A DNA stretch of 64,000 bases from the NCBI GenBank assembly GCA_964234715.1, contig OZ174283.1; one strand, 5' to 3'. Positions within the stretch are counted from its first letter, which is position 1, and each line of letters opens with the position of its first letter. This stretch comes from Podarcis melisellensis. Taxonomy: Eukaryota. A model generated the notes under the pieces. That model worked only from the letters and a program-made list of their open reading frames with translations. It did no database searches and was not told the origin of the DNA. Of the stretch, positions 1-12,992 are shown in pieces. Position numbers and translations under genes: made by a program.

Positions 1-183
1 GGCCCTAAGCTATAGGTTGTTTAGCTTATACGTAAATCCGGCACTGCCTGGCAGCCAGTACCGGTGCAGCTGAAAGAAACCACCTTACCACAACCCTGCA
101 ATGTAGTCTACTGACGGTTGATATAGTCCAACAACTCTGTGATGTAGGTCCATGTCTTGTGCAGGTTGGTCCAAGAGAGGAGC

Positions 184-332
184 ATAGAATCATAGAATTG
201 CAGAGTTGGAAGGTACCACAAGGGTTATCTATTCCAACTCCTTGCAATGCAGGAATTTCTTTGTCCAATGTGGAGCTTGAACCCACGCCCCTGAGGTTAA
301 GAGCCTTATGTTCTACTGACTGAGCTGTCCCA
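184..332 (-). mobile_element. tRNA-Lys(CTT)-derived SINE with CR1-type 3' tail
   Basis: Head AGCTCAGTCAGTAGAACATAAGGCTCTTAACCTCAGGGGCGTGGGTTCAAGCTCCACATTGG resembles tRNA-Lys-CTT; tail ...CCTTCCAACTCT...(ATTCTATG)2 matches CR1 3' ends in this window. Confidence 0.85.
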
Positions 333-2239
333 GTGGATGGCATGCAGAATTCGGCAGTATTATAAACCCCAAGTTGCACCCTGGAGAACTTTGTTTAGGG
401 GGGCAGTCACAAAGGACACTGTGTCCACTATTAAGGTTGTGGGGGCTGGGACCAGTTTGGATTCCCAACCAAAACTCCTTACAAAACACTTCCTCCTATC
501 GCTGCAAATCCAGTGCTCAGGTTCATGCAGAAGCCTTGTTTGTCCCAAACTGGCTAGACTGAATTACAGTGTTCAAACTGGATGGGCACCATACAGACAT
601 ATATGCCAGCTGGTATCTGTGTTGGATTTGAAATTGTTGTTATAGATGCAGTTGTTTTAATATATGCTTATACTGTCCTGTGAAATTGCTTCAGGGTGCT
701 TGATAGGAAGCAATTCATAAATTAAATAAGTAATATTTAGTATTTGGTTGGAATGGCTTGCTACATATTGTAGTTTTTATCAATGTACTTTTCCTTTCAC
801 AGTGATTTCATCTCCAAATAAATACCCTCCCCCATTTTTCACTCAGATTATGCTACATTGAGAAATGTAAATTATTGGAGAAAGCCTTTAAAGAAATCTT
901 TTTGAATAACCACCACTTGTTTCTACATATTTCTTGCAATCTGTATTATAGGAGATAAAATATCTGACTTCTTTCTAAACGTGGATGCCAGCGTATAGTC
1001 CTTTCAGTAAACCTAATACAGATTAGGATGGTCTCCCTCCTCCACTTACAGTAAATCGTGTGTTTTAAGACACATTATTTGTGATGACATACATCAGATA
1101 ACCTCATTCTTTCTCCCTGAAATTTGGTTTAGACTGTGTGTGATCTGCCTGAAAGGCACCTGCATTAATTTTTCTAAAAATATATTCTAGTACCCAACCA
1201 ACCATAAAATTTTGAAACCGGAGGTCCATTTTGGCATGCACGCGGGTATTTGTTTACCTATGCATGCACACCTTTTGAACTTATTTCATTTTTGAAATAC
1301 TAACAGATTTACACAAAAGAGCAATAATAAACAAATGTGTGTGTTGCTCCAGGCCAGGAAGGATTTGGAGTTGCTTCTATGAAAGACTGCCTTTTCCTTT
1401 CCTGCTTCCTGTACCAGCAAGGGCAAATTTTATTTTTAATGCAGCTTATCAGTGCAAGAACAGCTTGTGCAAAAGAGCTGTTTTGATTTAAAAAAAATAC
1501 TGCAAATGTGTCTTTAGTAACAACTATTGAAAAATGGTAGGTTGCATACTCTCATTTGAGCTGAAAGAAACAGAATGTAAGTAGGGGGTGCAGCAATGCA
1601 TGGTACCTGAAATGTTTTTTTTTTAAAGCACCCCAGCCACACAGTGCATCCACATTTGAGCAACACACAATTTTATAATAGATTTTCTTCCCTTAACGAA
1701 TCATCCGTAGATCTGGAAAATCCAAATTTCCTGGAGGGAGGGTACAGGCTTCCACTTGGATGAGGCCAATGTCATGGGTTTGCTGGGGTGGAGGAGGGAA
1801 GACATAAAAGCAGCATCAAATCCACATTAAACTCCAGTGTAGATGAACCCTTAATGTTGTTCTTAATGCATTAAAAAAATGGGTGGCTAAGACTGCTCAA
1901 GGTAAAACTACATAAGAAGTTATCTAGATGTCAAAACCTGGGTGAAGTCACAACCCAGAACATGTAACAGGAGTAGTGTCCACTGCCTGAAGACTTGGCC
2001 TTCTGCCATTAATAGATGGCAGGAGAATTTAGCCCAAGTGACATGCTTCTGCAGTGCCAATAGTGTGCTTTTTTGCACCCACTCCATCACAGGTGCCACC
2101 CTTCTGTTTTGATAAAGTAGATTACGCTATATAATTTTGAGCAATGTTTTGGGCAACCTTTTCCACATCTATACATCGGACTCTGCAAACATCTGTTTTT
2201 GGACAACTAACCTTATATGTGTACATTTATGCCAATGCA

Positions 2240-3835
2240 TTTTTTTACCAAGCAGGTTTAATGTAAGACAGCCATAACACTCATGCCAGCTCACACCTTA
2301 CTCAATTTGGGTATTGGTTATGATACTTATCATTTGTGTGTGTGTACTTGTATGAATAAGGCATCACAAAATCATTTTTTAAATGATAACAAACAGGACA
2401 GGACTTATACACTGAAGTAGAATGCCATTTCCCCTTTAAACTAATAGTTAATTGTGAACTTCAAAGTTCAGAACTGTATTAAAAAAATACAAGTGTGCAA
2501 AGACTATTCGTCAGACACATTCCATTTACTTTCAGGAAAAAAGAAATCCTTTAGTTTACATATTCAGATTTTTTCAAGATAAAGTACAACAGAATGTTAC
2601 ATAACATATTTGAACACGTAAGAAACAAGGCACAAAAGAAAATATAAAAGTTTCATAGAGCACTTGGAACGCCCAAGTAATTCTGAGTAGTGTAACAAGT
2701 CAACATAAGGCAAATACTAAAGAAAATCTATTACAGTATTAAATAATTTAGTTATGCAAGTCTGATCCTTGGAAAGACTGTCAGTCTTTTTGGAAGGAGC
2801 TGAGCACCCCAAAAGGATGCACCAGTTGTAGGGTAATGCCCACTTTTTGCTAAAGGAACACTTGCTAAAAATGGCACGAGTTTTCACCTTATAAAAGTGT
2901 ATTAAGATTTGTGCAAACTCCTATTTCAAAGTAAATTAAAGTTAGCTACATATAATTTCAGATCATGGAATGCTTCAAAAACCACAAATGAAAGTCACTT
3001 TTAATGATGCATTAGAATGCACCCCCCCAACTCCAACTTCTGAATTTCTTTCAGGAAGAGACCACTCAGTGAAACTGCAATCAGGCTCAGAAGGATGAAA
3101 TGATATATAAATATTTATAGAAGAGAGAAAGTTCCATAAAAGATTAGAAAATCCAGTAAGTGTGGTGGATGCTGAAAAGCTCTTGAAGAAAGTATCCTAT
3201 AGAACAAACACTTCCATAGCATACTAAGTCAGTAATTAAAGTGAGGCTTTGGTTAAAAAACAAAGGCTGCAAAATGTCGGCTGTGGTGAGAAGAGTTCAA
3301 GCATCAAATGTATAGCATTTCCCAAGCAAGAGGTACCCTTGAGACTCTGATTCCATCTGCATTTGGTTTGTCTTTGTACCATGTAAAAATAGTAACAATA
3401 ATATTCCAATAGTCAAGACAAATTATTTGGAATGAAAGCAATGTCAATACCTGCATCCTGAACATGCCAAAAACATATATGGAAATGGAAAGGAAATGGT
3501 ACTGTGCCCAGGCTTATTACAACAAAGAGCTCAGGGCCTCCTAGAGCAAGAACCAAAATTTGTAAGCGCCAATTATTTTTCAGTTGCCGCATTTCTAATG
3601 TAACCTGCCAGCTGGCTGCAGAGTATTCCATTACAAATAAATGTACATAAATTGCATTACTCATTTTTAAAAAGTGCATAATGTTGGTCCGTTTTGAATT
3701 AAAAAACATTTTAGCTAATAGATTAAGACCAAACTCTTTGCCCTGTGAAGATACACAGTACCTTATATGATTATAATTTAGTAACTTGGGGGCACCCCCC
3801 CCCCGAGTCTATAGAAGAGAAGGATATCTTTGTAA
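2240..3835 (-). other. KLHL5: KLHL5 3' UTR (3' end uncertain)
   Basis: AT-rich, repeat-poor sequence after the stop. Candidate poly(A) signals are ATTAAA at 2262-2257 and AATAAA at 1434-1429; sequence alone cannot decide between them. Confidence 0.45.
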
Positions 3836-3892
3836 TTAGAGCTTTACAGTCACGACACAGGCCCCAGCTCTTCCGAGGCACAATGGTGCAAC
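3836..3892 (-). CDS. KLHL5: KLHL5 last coding exon (VAPLCLGRAGACVVTVKL*)
   Basis: TTTCAG| acceptor; TAA at 3838-3836. Summed CDS is 2130 nt = 709 aa + stop. Confidence 0.96.
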   Translation of the reverse strand, partial: VAPLCLGRAGACVVTVKL

Positions 3893-4265
3893 CTGAAATG
3901 GTGAGAAGAAGGTGGAAAAGGGTCAGTGACAAAGCACGCTTGCTAGTGTCGCAAATATTTTATTTTAAAAAATTAAAGCCACAGTAATATGAATGTTGAG
4001 CAAGAGAACGAATCACTTGCTACCTATTTTTCAATCTGCGCTTAATTTGAGCCAGAGGTCACCTGGACTCAACCCCATCGTTTTTAATATACAATGTCAA
4101 CGCTCAATTATATAAATTATGGAGCAGGACATTAATACAGGGCATAGGTTTCCTGTTAGCAGGGACAGGAAGATTATACTTTTTATGCCACCTTTTGCAT
4201 ACATCAGATCAAGGATACACTACCTTCTAGGATTTCAGGGGCCATATTCCAGCCATGGTTAGGGT

Positions 4266-4450
4266 CACAGAATCATAGAGTTGGAAGGGATCCCAGGGGT
4301 CAACTAGTCCAACCCCCTGCAATGCAACAATCTCAACTAAAGTATCTGTGGCAGATGGCCATTCAACCTCTGTTTAAAAACCTCCAATGAAGGAGAGGAT
4401 CTACCATTTCCAAAGGGAGTCTGTCCCACTAACAGCTCTTACTGTTAGAG
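4266..4450 (-). mobile_element. CR1 LINE 3' fragment
   Basis: Reverse complement of the CR1 end: TTGGAGGTTTTTAAACAGAGGTTG...GGACTAG...CCCTTCCAACTCTATGATTCTGTG. Confidence 0.8.
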
Positions 4451-5112
4451 AGCTCTTACTGTTTTACCTTTCCAGAGGTAAAAATGGACAGAGCAACTCT
4501 GTTCTTCATTCAAGCAAGCAAGAGGCATTACCAGAGTTCAAGGACATATTCCATCCAGGCAAAAACGTGGAGGATGCATGGCCAAGGAGGAGTTGTGGCC
4601 AGAGAGAGGCTTGGACAACTGCATTTAGCCCCTGGGCGTGAGGTGCCCCCACATTAGAATTATTCTGCTGGGTTTACAGAGAAAAACTTGATTACTTAGC
4701 TAGAACAAAAAGAGCAACTTCTAAGTTTAGATTTCATTTGCACTTTCCGGTGGTAGCCACTGGATATGAAGGGGCTACCTATCCTGGGGCAGATGGTAAG
4801 GTTTGCTCTGTGCTCCCAAGTTGGATAAAAATGCGAGCGATTCTACATATATGGAGAATGCTTTCACCACATATCTGTCATCACATACAGATGATGAATT
4901 TTTGAGATATGGAATCAGTTTTTTGGTAGGCTTGAGTTTTTTGGTTCCAGTACTTCCCATTTTAAATAATCGCATTTCCCTTTTCTTTCAGAAAGCATGT
5001 AGGAAAGGACAGAGGCTTGGTTGCATCAGGAAAAGAAGATGTTTGACATGCTGCTCAATCATATGTAGGGAGGGGCAGGAAGTAGCAGAAGAATCAGAAG
5101 TCTGTTCATGAT

Positions 5113-5257
5113 GGATGGCTCAATCAGTGGAGCATGAAACTCTTAATCTCTGGGTCATAGGTTGAAACCCCACATTGGGCAAAAGATTCCTGCATTGCAG
5201 GGGTTTAGACTAGATGTCCCTCAAGGTCCCTTTCAGCCCTACAGTTCTGTGATTCTT
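5113..5257 (+). mobile_element. tRNA-Lys(CTT)-derived SINE with CR1 tail, second copy
   Basis: GCTCAATCAGTGGAGCATGAAACTCTTAATCTC...CCCCACATTGGGC followed by AAAAGATTCCTGCATTGCAGGGG...TTCTGTGATTC; homologous to 184-332. Confidence 0.85.
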
Positions 5258-5536
5258 ATTTACACATGGTTTCACTTACTCACCTGGGATGACTGAATTT
5301 GAGCTGAAGGCAGGCTTCTCAAAGAGGCTGAGATTACTCTTAAAAACAGCAACACTTGAACACTGATGTTGCCTTCTACTAACTGAGTTGATGGAGCCAA
5401 CTACCTGCTATTGACTACTATGACTTGAAGTGGCCTTCCCAAGGTCACAGAGAGCTCTGCCAGCCAAACTTGAACAGACGATGCCAGAAATTCAACCCAC
5501 CATTGATGTATGAACCCTCCAAACCTTAAGCAATAC

Positions 5537-5708
5537 CTGTGTCCACTCATTTGTCTGGGGGTCATAAGACTCCACCGTGTTAAGGTAGGTCTGTCCATCA
5601 TATCCCCCAACAGCATACAATCTGTCTCCAAGAAGGCAGACTCCCACTGCATCTCTGCTGATGCTCATGGAAGCTACGGCAGTCCACATGTCAGTTTTGG
5701 GATCATAC
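5537..5708 (-). CDS. KLHL5: KLHL5 coding exon 10 ([14 protein letters not shown]...TNEWTQ), 172 nt
   Basis: TTCAG| acceptor, CAG|GTATTG donor, phase 2-0. Confidence 0.97.
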
Positions 5709-6766
5709 CTGAATTAAAAACAACAGTGTAAGGGTTAGTTCCATATGTCTGAAGTTCTGCCAAGAGAGTATTATATATGCTATTCTAATTTTTCCTGTTA
5801 CTCCACACCCCGTATACTGTAGTATTTCAGAACTTCTTCTGACGGATTTCATTGCAACTTCACCTAGATCTTTTGCTTTCTTTCATCACTGTTGGTACCG
5901 TTCTTACACATACACAGACCCTGTTTGGAAGTGCATTCCCGGCAAGCTATTTGTCAAATTGAGAACATGTTCATCCTACCCCTTAACACATTTATCTGAA
6001 TCAGCTTAATCCACTTTTCCCCATTTTGTCCAAGATGAAGATCTGTGGTTTAATGCCATGGTCCAACATAATGTTTTCAGACATTCGGCCACGTCTCCCC
6101 ATTCTGGACATAATAGAGAACTGTAGTTTTAAGCTAACCAAGATATGAATACAAACAGGAGAGCAGAGGAATGAAAGCACAGGCCTGGTGCTCATTGCCA
6201 GCTTACTAAACTGACTTAGCAAGCCAGGAATCTACATCTGAGCTGGGTGAGACGTATGATAGATTCTCTTGCTGCAGACTGCTTCTGAAAACGAATTCTT
6301 TATAGAATTTGACATCTCTCATATAATTTCTTTTTTGCTGCTTTATTTTTAAAATATCCTCCATAGAATTTGCACTTCTGTTTCGGTTAACTAATGTCTT
6401 TGTTTACCAACATTCTGACCCAAGTTGGTGGATTTTTACTACTATCCTTTTAGTTAACAGCATCTTGCCCAAAGCCACACAACAAATCTCCAGTTGTGGT
6501 GAAACACAAACCCTGGCCCATGCCAAATCTCTCTGAATGGTGTCTCTTGCAACTGTTCTATAAAAAGTGCTACCATTGCAGAAATACTCCAAATCAATTG
6601 CTTCTACATAACCTGTATCTTTTACTTTTTAACCTCCTTTTCTGCATCCTCCTGCACTATATGCTCAAGTGTTAAATGCAGATAATTTTAGGATGCTGTA
6701 AATGAGGGAAATGGGACAGCGAGAACCTTAAGTATCTTCATAGCAACACATTATTGCGTTAATACC

Positions 6767-7201
6767 TGTCAGGGAACTGCCATCGGAGCTAGAGGTGGAG
6801 GGAAGGCTCCAGAGGGATGCCGGAGAGGGTCCCAGTAGGGAGAGAGGCAGCCCATCTGCTGGGGAAGGAAATCAGCTTAACACCAGTGGAGAAGGGGGGC
6901 AGATGGGGGAATCGGAGAGGAGGCTCCAGGACTCTTCACTGGAGACCAGCGGGGAGAGCACGGGTACTCCGCTGCCCACACCCTCCCTGTGCAGAAGACT
7001 TCCGCGCAGGGAGAGTAGGAGGAGACTTGGCGTCAAAGAACTTCTTTGCTGGAAGAAGTTCAAGAAACGCCCACTGCCGGATTCTGCCAGCGACTGAGAC
7101 AGCCACAAAGTGAAAGGCTGCCCAGACAGAAAGGGTTCAACCAGGTAACCTAGCCAGGAGTGGCGGCAACTTACGCACGAGCAACCCCTATAACCATTAC
7201 A
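6767..7201. mobile_element. Solo LTR (435 bp) with 5-bp TSD ATACC
   Basis: GC-rich block bounded by TG(TCAGG)...(ATTA)CA, with identical ATACC at 6762-6766 and 7202-7206. Confidence 0.8.
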
Positions 7202-7205
7202 ATAC

Positions 7206-7418
7206 CTTTCCACACAGTCAGACAGCCTGGATGTCAAGTTGGAAGCTGGTGCATCATGGCCTCCAATAGCATAGAGAAACCCATTCCAGGTGGTCACCCC
7301 AACGCCACCTCTTCGTTTTGACATCTGAGCACAGAGTGTCCATTTGTTAGTATGAGGATCAAAGCATTCTACAGATTTGAGACAAGAACTTCCATCTCGA
7401 CCACCAACTGCATATAAC
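7206..7418 (-). CDS. KLHL5: KLHL5 coding exon 9 ([17 protein letters not shown]...LSDCVER), 213 nt
   Basis: TTACAG| acceptor, AG|GTATTG donor, phase 2-2. Confidence 0.97.
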
Positions 7419-8475
7419 CTGTAAGCATACAAATACGTGTATGAAATACTTTCTGAACACACACACAAAAGAGTCAAGCAGGCATTGAATTAGATGGCTT
7501 ACTGCGGAATAAAAATAGCATTAAGTCTAACACTTTAAAATCTTCCTCAGGGACAACGAAATCTGCTGCTGCCTTTGCTTCAGAGAGAACTCTCTTGGGA
7601 TCCTATTTCTGAAAGAGTAAGTCTCACCCATTTTCTGATGCTTCTCTTAAAACCTACCTATAGTTTCTTGGTAACAAAGTAGCAGTTTTAAATAACATCT
7701 TTGTCTCAATTCATTTCCACCTCAGTAGGTGGTGCAGCTTGCCCTTTGATGTTGCATTTAAATCTGAAAGTAATAATGTAATTCTAAGCACATTTATGGG
7801 CTCATTTGTACAACAGATTTGAAAGTTTTATATATGTTACATTTTTCATCCCATTACTTGTGGGATTTTCCATTTCTAAATAAACGAAGATGCAAAAAAA
7901 TTCAAAAATATCAAAAAAGGAAGCATATAATTTATGAAAAAGTGCATTATAAAAAACAACACAGTAAGAGGGTTTCCTACAATGATAGCTATTCCGATAC
8001 TTCAAGGAAGGAATAATATTTCTCAGAAAAAACAAGAACTTCTTGTTTTTCTTTCTTAAAGTGGATAAAATTGTCAGTTTCTCTTCAGCCATCTTACTGC
8101 TAAAGACAATTGCTTATGTTACCATTTGAGTTATTTGTTATTAAAAATACATTGCTAGATTTGACTAAGTCAAATTACTGGAACCATTTCTAGGACAAAA
8201 GAAGTCCTGCCTGCAGTCCTGAAACTATTAAACATCCAAAAGGAAATTAACAGTAAGGATTTAATGAGCACTGGATGTTTCCTGATACCCACTGAATATT
8301 TTAACAAGAAGTGGATAGGACAAAAACATGCATACACAGCATCATTCAAAAGCCAGACACGCTGAACTTCTGGTAGATGACTTCATTCCAGTGTTACTAA
8401 ATTTCCTTTATATATGAGTTTTGAGTAAAATGTTATGGAATATTTGCCCTTATTTCTCTCTTTAGTCCTACTTAC

Positions 8476-8638
8476 TTTCCACTTAATACTGCTACACCCA
8501 CTGTGCTCCTTGGGGTTGACATACTAGCCACAAAGTTCCACTGGCGTGCTTGTGGATCCCATCTTTCGACGGTATTCAGATAGCTCCAGCCATCATGTCC
8601 TCCTACAGCATACATAGGACCTTCCAGTACTGCCACCC
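8476..8638 (-). CDS. KLHL5: KLHL5 coding exon 8 ([34 protein letters not shown]...VAVLSGK), 163 nt
   Basis: Translated by hand; CAAAG| acceptor, AA|GTAAG donor, phase 1-2. Confidence 0.96.
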
Positions 8639-9341
8639 CTTTGAGTTAAGAAGACACTATTATTTCAGAATGTGAAATGGCCCAATTGTGTATGACATAC
8701 CGCAGTGGTTTCAAACGGTCACATCATCAAAAATGCTTCCCTCGTCTATTTTTCTGATGAGGAAATTGGAACTAGGGCTTCTACAGAGTATTTTGAGACT
8801 CAGATGGAACCCTGGCCAAACTACTGAAAGGCATCCTACAATACATTCAACAACTTGTCCATCCGTATCTTCACTACATTACAACATATTTTTAAAGGAA
8901 CATCCATTCATTCCTTTAGTAATTAATTCATTAATTTTCTGCCAAAGGAACCGAAGCTGCAGTGTTTATGGGGATGGATAAACTGCCTCTCAGGAAAGCC
9001 TGCCTACTGTCATTGATCACCTCATTTAAGAATCCTGATAATTTCACCCCAAAGTTCAAAAGCTGCTGATGTACAGGAACAGAGAAACACTTGAGCCTTG
9101 ACAAGCAGACATATCACAATATTTCTGTAATATCCCTATCCTGCAACTGCCAATTAAGAATACGAAAACTCTCCAGTCCCTCACTCAAAATTAATGAAAT
9201 GGGAAAAGGGGGGGGGGGAGAGATTGTCTCTTGGTTTTGGAGCCATTAGGTTTTGACTGCTACAATGTTTCCAGTCTTCTTTCTGTCAAAAGAAGGTCCA
9301 GTGACTTTCTCCCACTCTTCAAAGGAAAGTCAATCTCGATA

Positions 9342-9575
9342 CAGTGGTACCTCGGGTTACATACGCTTCAGGTTACATACACTTCAGGTTACACACTCCG
9401 CTAACCCAGAAATAGTGCTTCAGGTTAATAACTTTGCTTCAGGATAAGAACAGAAATCGGGCTCTGGCGGCGCGGCAGCAGCAGGAGGTCCCATTAGCTA
9501 AAGTGGTGCTTCAGGTTAACAGTTTCAGGTTAAGAACAAACCTCCGAATTAAGTACTTAATCCGAGGTACCACTG
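9342..9575. mobile_element. Tc1/mariner (pogo/Tigger-like) MITE, family A
   Basis: TIR CAGTGGTACCTCGG...CCGAGGTACCACTG with TA target duplication; same family as 45548, 56406 and 63024, in the opposite orientation. Confidence 0.9.
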
Positions 9576-9880
9576 TATTTGGGGGTGTGTGTTTTAAGAT
9601 GCCGTATAAAAAGTGTCTCAGAGAACTGCACATACCTACATGCAATATAGTGACCATACTTTTACTTCCCAAGCATGACACATAGGAAAGGATAATGCTG
9701 GAGATGACAATTAAATTAAAACCTTTAAAGTTTGATTCTGATTTTTGTCTCTTACAAATTACCTACTACTGATATCAAATGTACCAAAGAAACCCAAGTA
9801 GCAATTTCAAGGAAGCATGTCATTGAAATGAGCTGATCACACCACATATCTTGCTTTTAGTTATAAAAATAGATACATAC

Positions 9881-10105
9881 CCAGACCATGTCGGTGAGTG
9901 GACATAGGTGGCATCACACTCCAAGTTTTTGTTTTTGGGTTGTAACACTCCACTGTATTCAGTGTTTTCAGTCCATCTCTACCACCAACAACATACAACT
10001 TATCATCTAATACTGCCACTCCAAATTGTAGTCTTCTTCCATTCATATTTGCTACAGGAGTCCACATATTGGTACGGAGATCATACTTTTCAATGCTTGT
10101 TGCTC
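9881..10105 (-). CDS. KLHL5: KLHL5 coding exon 7 ([15 protein letters not shown]...STHRHGL), kelch repeats, 225 nt
   Basis: CTAAG| acceptor, G|GTATGT donor, phase 1-1; kelch GG/Y/W motifs. Confidence 0.97.
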
Positions 10106-10592
10106 CTTAGCAGTAGTATAAAATAATATTAATTTAAAAACTCAAATCTTTGTGATCACTGTCCACAAAAATACAATAGATTTGGTTCAGATAGTGATAA
10201 ACAATCTGATTACTTCTTTAAAAAAAGAATTATTCCCAACATACACACACGATACATTAGTTCTCATGTAGTTTCAAAGTGCATACTTGAGATGTGATGT
10301 CAATAGCGATTACATAAATAAGGTTCCAAATAATCATTTGCTAAATATTTTGTCCTACCAAATCTGAATGGACTGTGAACAACAATTTATGGACAGATAT
10401 AAAATCAACTAGTTTGTAGAACTATGTTCTGTCTCACTTTCCTGGAATTTATATGTGCTCTATCCTCAATATGTGTAACAAAATTTCTTCATTCATGCAA
10501 TATGAAATACTAACTGAAGCTATAAAGAAATGTTCTGCAAGTTCAGCTGTATATTCAGAATCCATATTCAACACAGCATGAATGGTCACTTA

Positions 10593-10902
10593 CAGGTGAA
10601 ACTCGGAAAATTAGAATATCGTGGAAAAGTTCATTTATTTCAGTAATTCAACTTAAAAGGTGAAACTAATATATTTGCAATCCTTGTTTTGCTAATTTCA
10701 TTTAATCTAATTTTCTGAGATGGCTAATTTGGGGTTTTCATCAGCTGTAAGCCATGATCATCACAATTATAACAAATAAAGGCTTGACATATCTCGCTTT
10801 GCATGTCATGAGTTTATCTCATATATTAGTTTCACCTTTTAAATTGAATTACTGAAATAAATGAACTTTTCCATGATATTCTAATTTTCCAAGTTTCACC
10901 TG
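10593..10902. mobile_element. Tc1-like non-autonomous element with long TIRs
   Basis: CAGGTGAAACTCGGAAAATTAGAATATCGTGGAAAAGTTCATTTATTTCAGTAATTCAA... mirrored at the right end (~80 bp inverted repeat); TA at the left flank. Confidence 0.85.
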
Positions 10903-11209
10903 AATGCAATCATTACAAGAACTTTTAAATAAAATACTTTGGTAACTAGTAATTATTTAAATATACTGAGATAGCTTCGGGGTTTTTTGAACTACGAATA
11001 CACAGCATTGTATGTATACATCTTTATTAACAATATTAATTTCTAGGATTATTTTTAGTCTTATTGCATTGAATATTTGTGTGCACAGTGGTGAAATAAT
11101 ATCATATAATAGTTTACTATAACTTCTTTTTCACTTGCATTTTTTCTTAATCAAAACAGGCAAACTTGTTGAACTTGATTAAGGTAAGGCTGGTATATTT
11201 TCACCAATA

Positions 11210-11462
11210 CAGTGGTACCTCGTAAGACGAATGCCTCGCTAGACGAAAAATGCGCAAGACGAAAGGGTTTTTTGTTTCTGGAGTTGCTTCGCAAGATGAT
11301 TTTCCCTATGGGCTTGCTTCGCAAGACGAAAACGTCTTGTGGGTTTGCTTCCTTTTTCTTAAAGCCGTTAATACCCAGGCAATCCGTGCTCCGCAAAACG
11401 AAAAAATCACAAGACGAAGCAACTCACGGAACGAATTAATTTCGTCTTGCAAGGCACCACTG
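11210..11462. mobile_element. Tc1/mariner MITE, family B
   Basis: TIR CAGTGGTACCTCG with TA flanks; internal CGCAAGACGAA repeats; inverted relative to 26633-26858. Confidence 0.9.
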
Positions 11463-12045
11463 TAATATAACGGCCATCATGTGGTTATGTTTCCATTGAT
11501 CATTTATTAGATGAAGAAAGATATGAGATTGTAAAAGCAATGAGAAGTTCTGCATCCATATTGTAAGCCTAGGTGTGCTATTTTCATGGAACACATACAT
11601 TCCAGCAAGCTGAACCCTTCAGTTCCACCCACCCAAACCCCACCCTCCTGTATTTCAGGTGGGTTTACAGGAAGGGGGGGGTTACGTGGTTGATATACAT
11701 TAAAATGATATACATTTATATGTTCATACTTAATCTTATTACTATAAGCCACAAATATTTTAAACACAGTTGCATAGTGCTTCACATGTTTTCCTTTGGG
11801 GGGACGTGGGGGGGGGGAGAGAAGAGAACAGGGTGGTATTTACAAAATGCTAGCTAACAGGCAGCCTCGCAGCCGGCTTTTATCTGGCTGAAACTAAGTC
11901 ACACATTCGTAGGGCCAGTTTTCAGCTCTTGCACAAAGAGCAAAAAATATACTTTTGCACTGAGCAGGTGAAAACACTTACAAATTAGCCTCTCAAAGTT
12001 ATATGTGCATTTTCATCTGTAGTACAGGCATCCTATAATCCCTAC

Positions 12046-12232
12046 CTTTAGTCGCATCCATGCCTCCAACTGCAAACAACACACCAACTGTAGATTTTCT
12101 AGGTTTTGTACGAGGACTTTGCAACATGGGCCGCCTCTCTGGCAACAGATGGTATTTCATGGCTTCCATAATGAGTTTTTGACATTCAATGTCATCTCTG
12201 AAGAGTGCATTGTTTTCCATATCTGCTAAAAA
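12046..12232 (-). CDS. KLHL5: KLHL5 coding exon 6 ([11 protein letters not shown]...AVGGMDATK), 187 nt
   Basis: TTCTAG| acceptor, G|GTAGGG donor, phase 0-1; end of BACK and start of kelch repeat 1. Confidence 0.97.
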
Positions 12233-12992
12233 CTAGAAAAAGGAGAAGACGATGTGCTGAACTTGAGTAAAGCAACAGGAATATTCTGAACATAAAATGC
12301 CAAATTAACACAACTAACCCACAATCAATACAGAGAGTAAAATGTTGGTGTAAAGGCAGGGATTTTGATAGAGAAGATTACAGAGATAAATGAACACAAC
12401 TTCTGTCTCTTTAAAGTTTAGCTAATACCTTCCCTGGGTGGGCATTTGGATCAGTATTGCAGTACTAAGGCTGTTTTCCTGATTAAAATTTACACACACA
12501 CCCCACTCTGCTATTTGTTCTGTTACAGGAAATTACATGTACACAGGTTTTCGTATGTGCATGCCCATCATTTGGAACAGCATTTATGTCTTCCTATTGT
12601 TATGATCTTTCAAACATACAGATAAAATTTTATACAGTACTGCTATCTAGTTGCTAGACTCCAACCACTGCCATCCTCCATAACACTTTATAATGAAAGG
12701 AACAGAATACAGAATGAAATCACATTGTACTGTGTCAGTTTTCAACAAAGACCAATAAACCTTGGTCAAGGTTGACTTGGCATGCTTTGTTCCTAACATA
12801 CCTGTACTGGCTGCAACATAACACTTCTCCCATAATGTTATGGCTCCTTTGAATAAATTATTGTGATTCTTGATTTAGTGAATCTTGCTTCAGTTTGCAG
12901 TATGTAACATTTGCTGTATGCAAACCATTAATAATTCAGCATACTGTCTATCTTAGTTTTGATCTTGGTCACTTTCAACCACATGCTACAAA

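Noticed and set aside
263-332. Functional tRNA-Lys genes here and at 5113-5180
   Set aside because: Acceptor stem and T-loop are mutated, and both continue into a CR1 tail; these are SINE heads.
8754-8770. Other CTGA(T/A)GA motifs as hammerheads (also ~20310, ~26181, ~41011, ~44247)
   Set aside because: No helix II followed by GAAA and a UH site.
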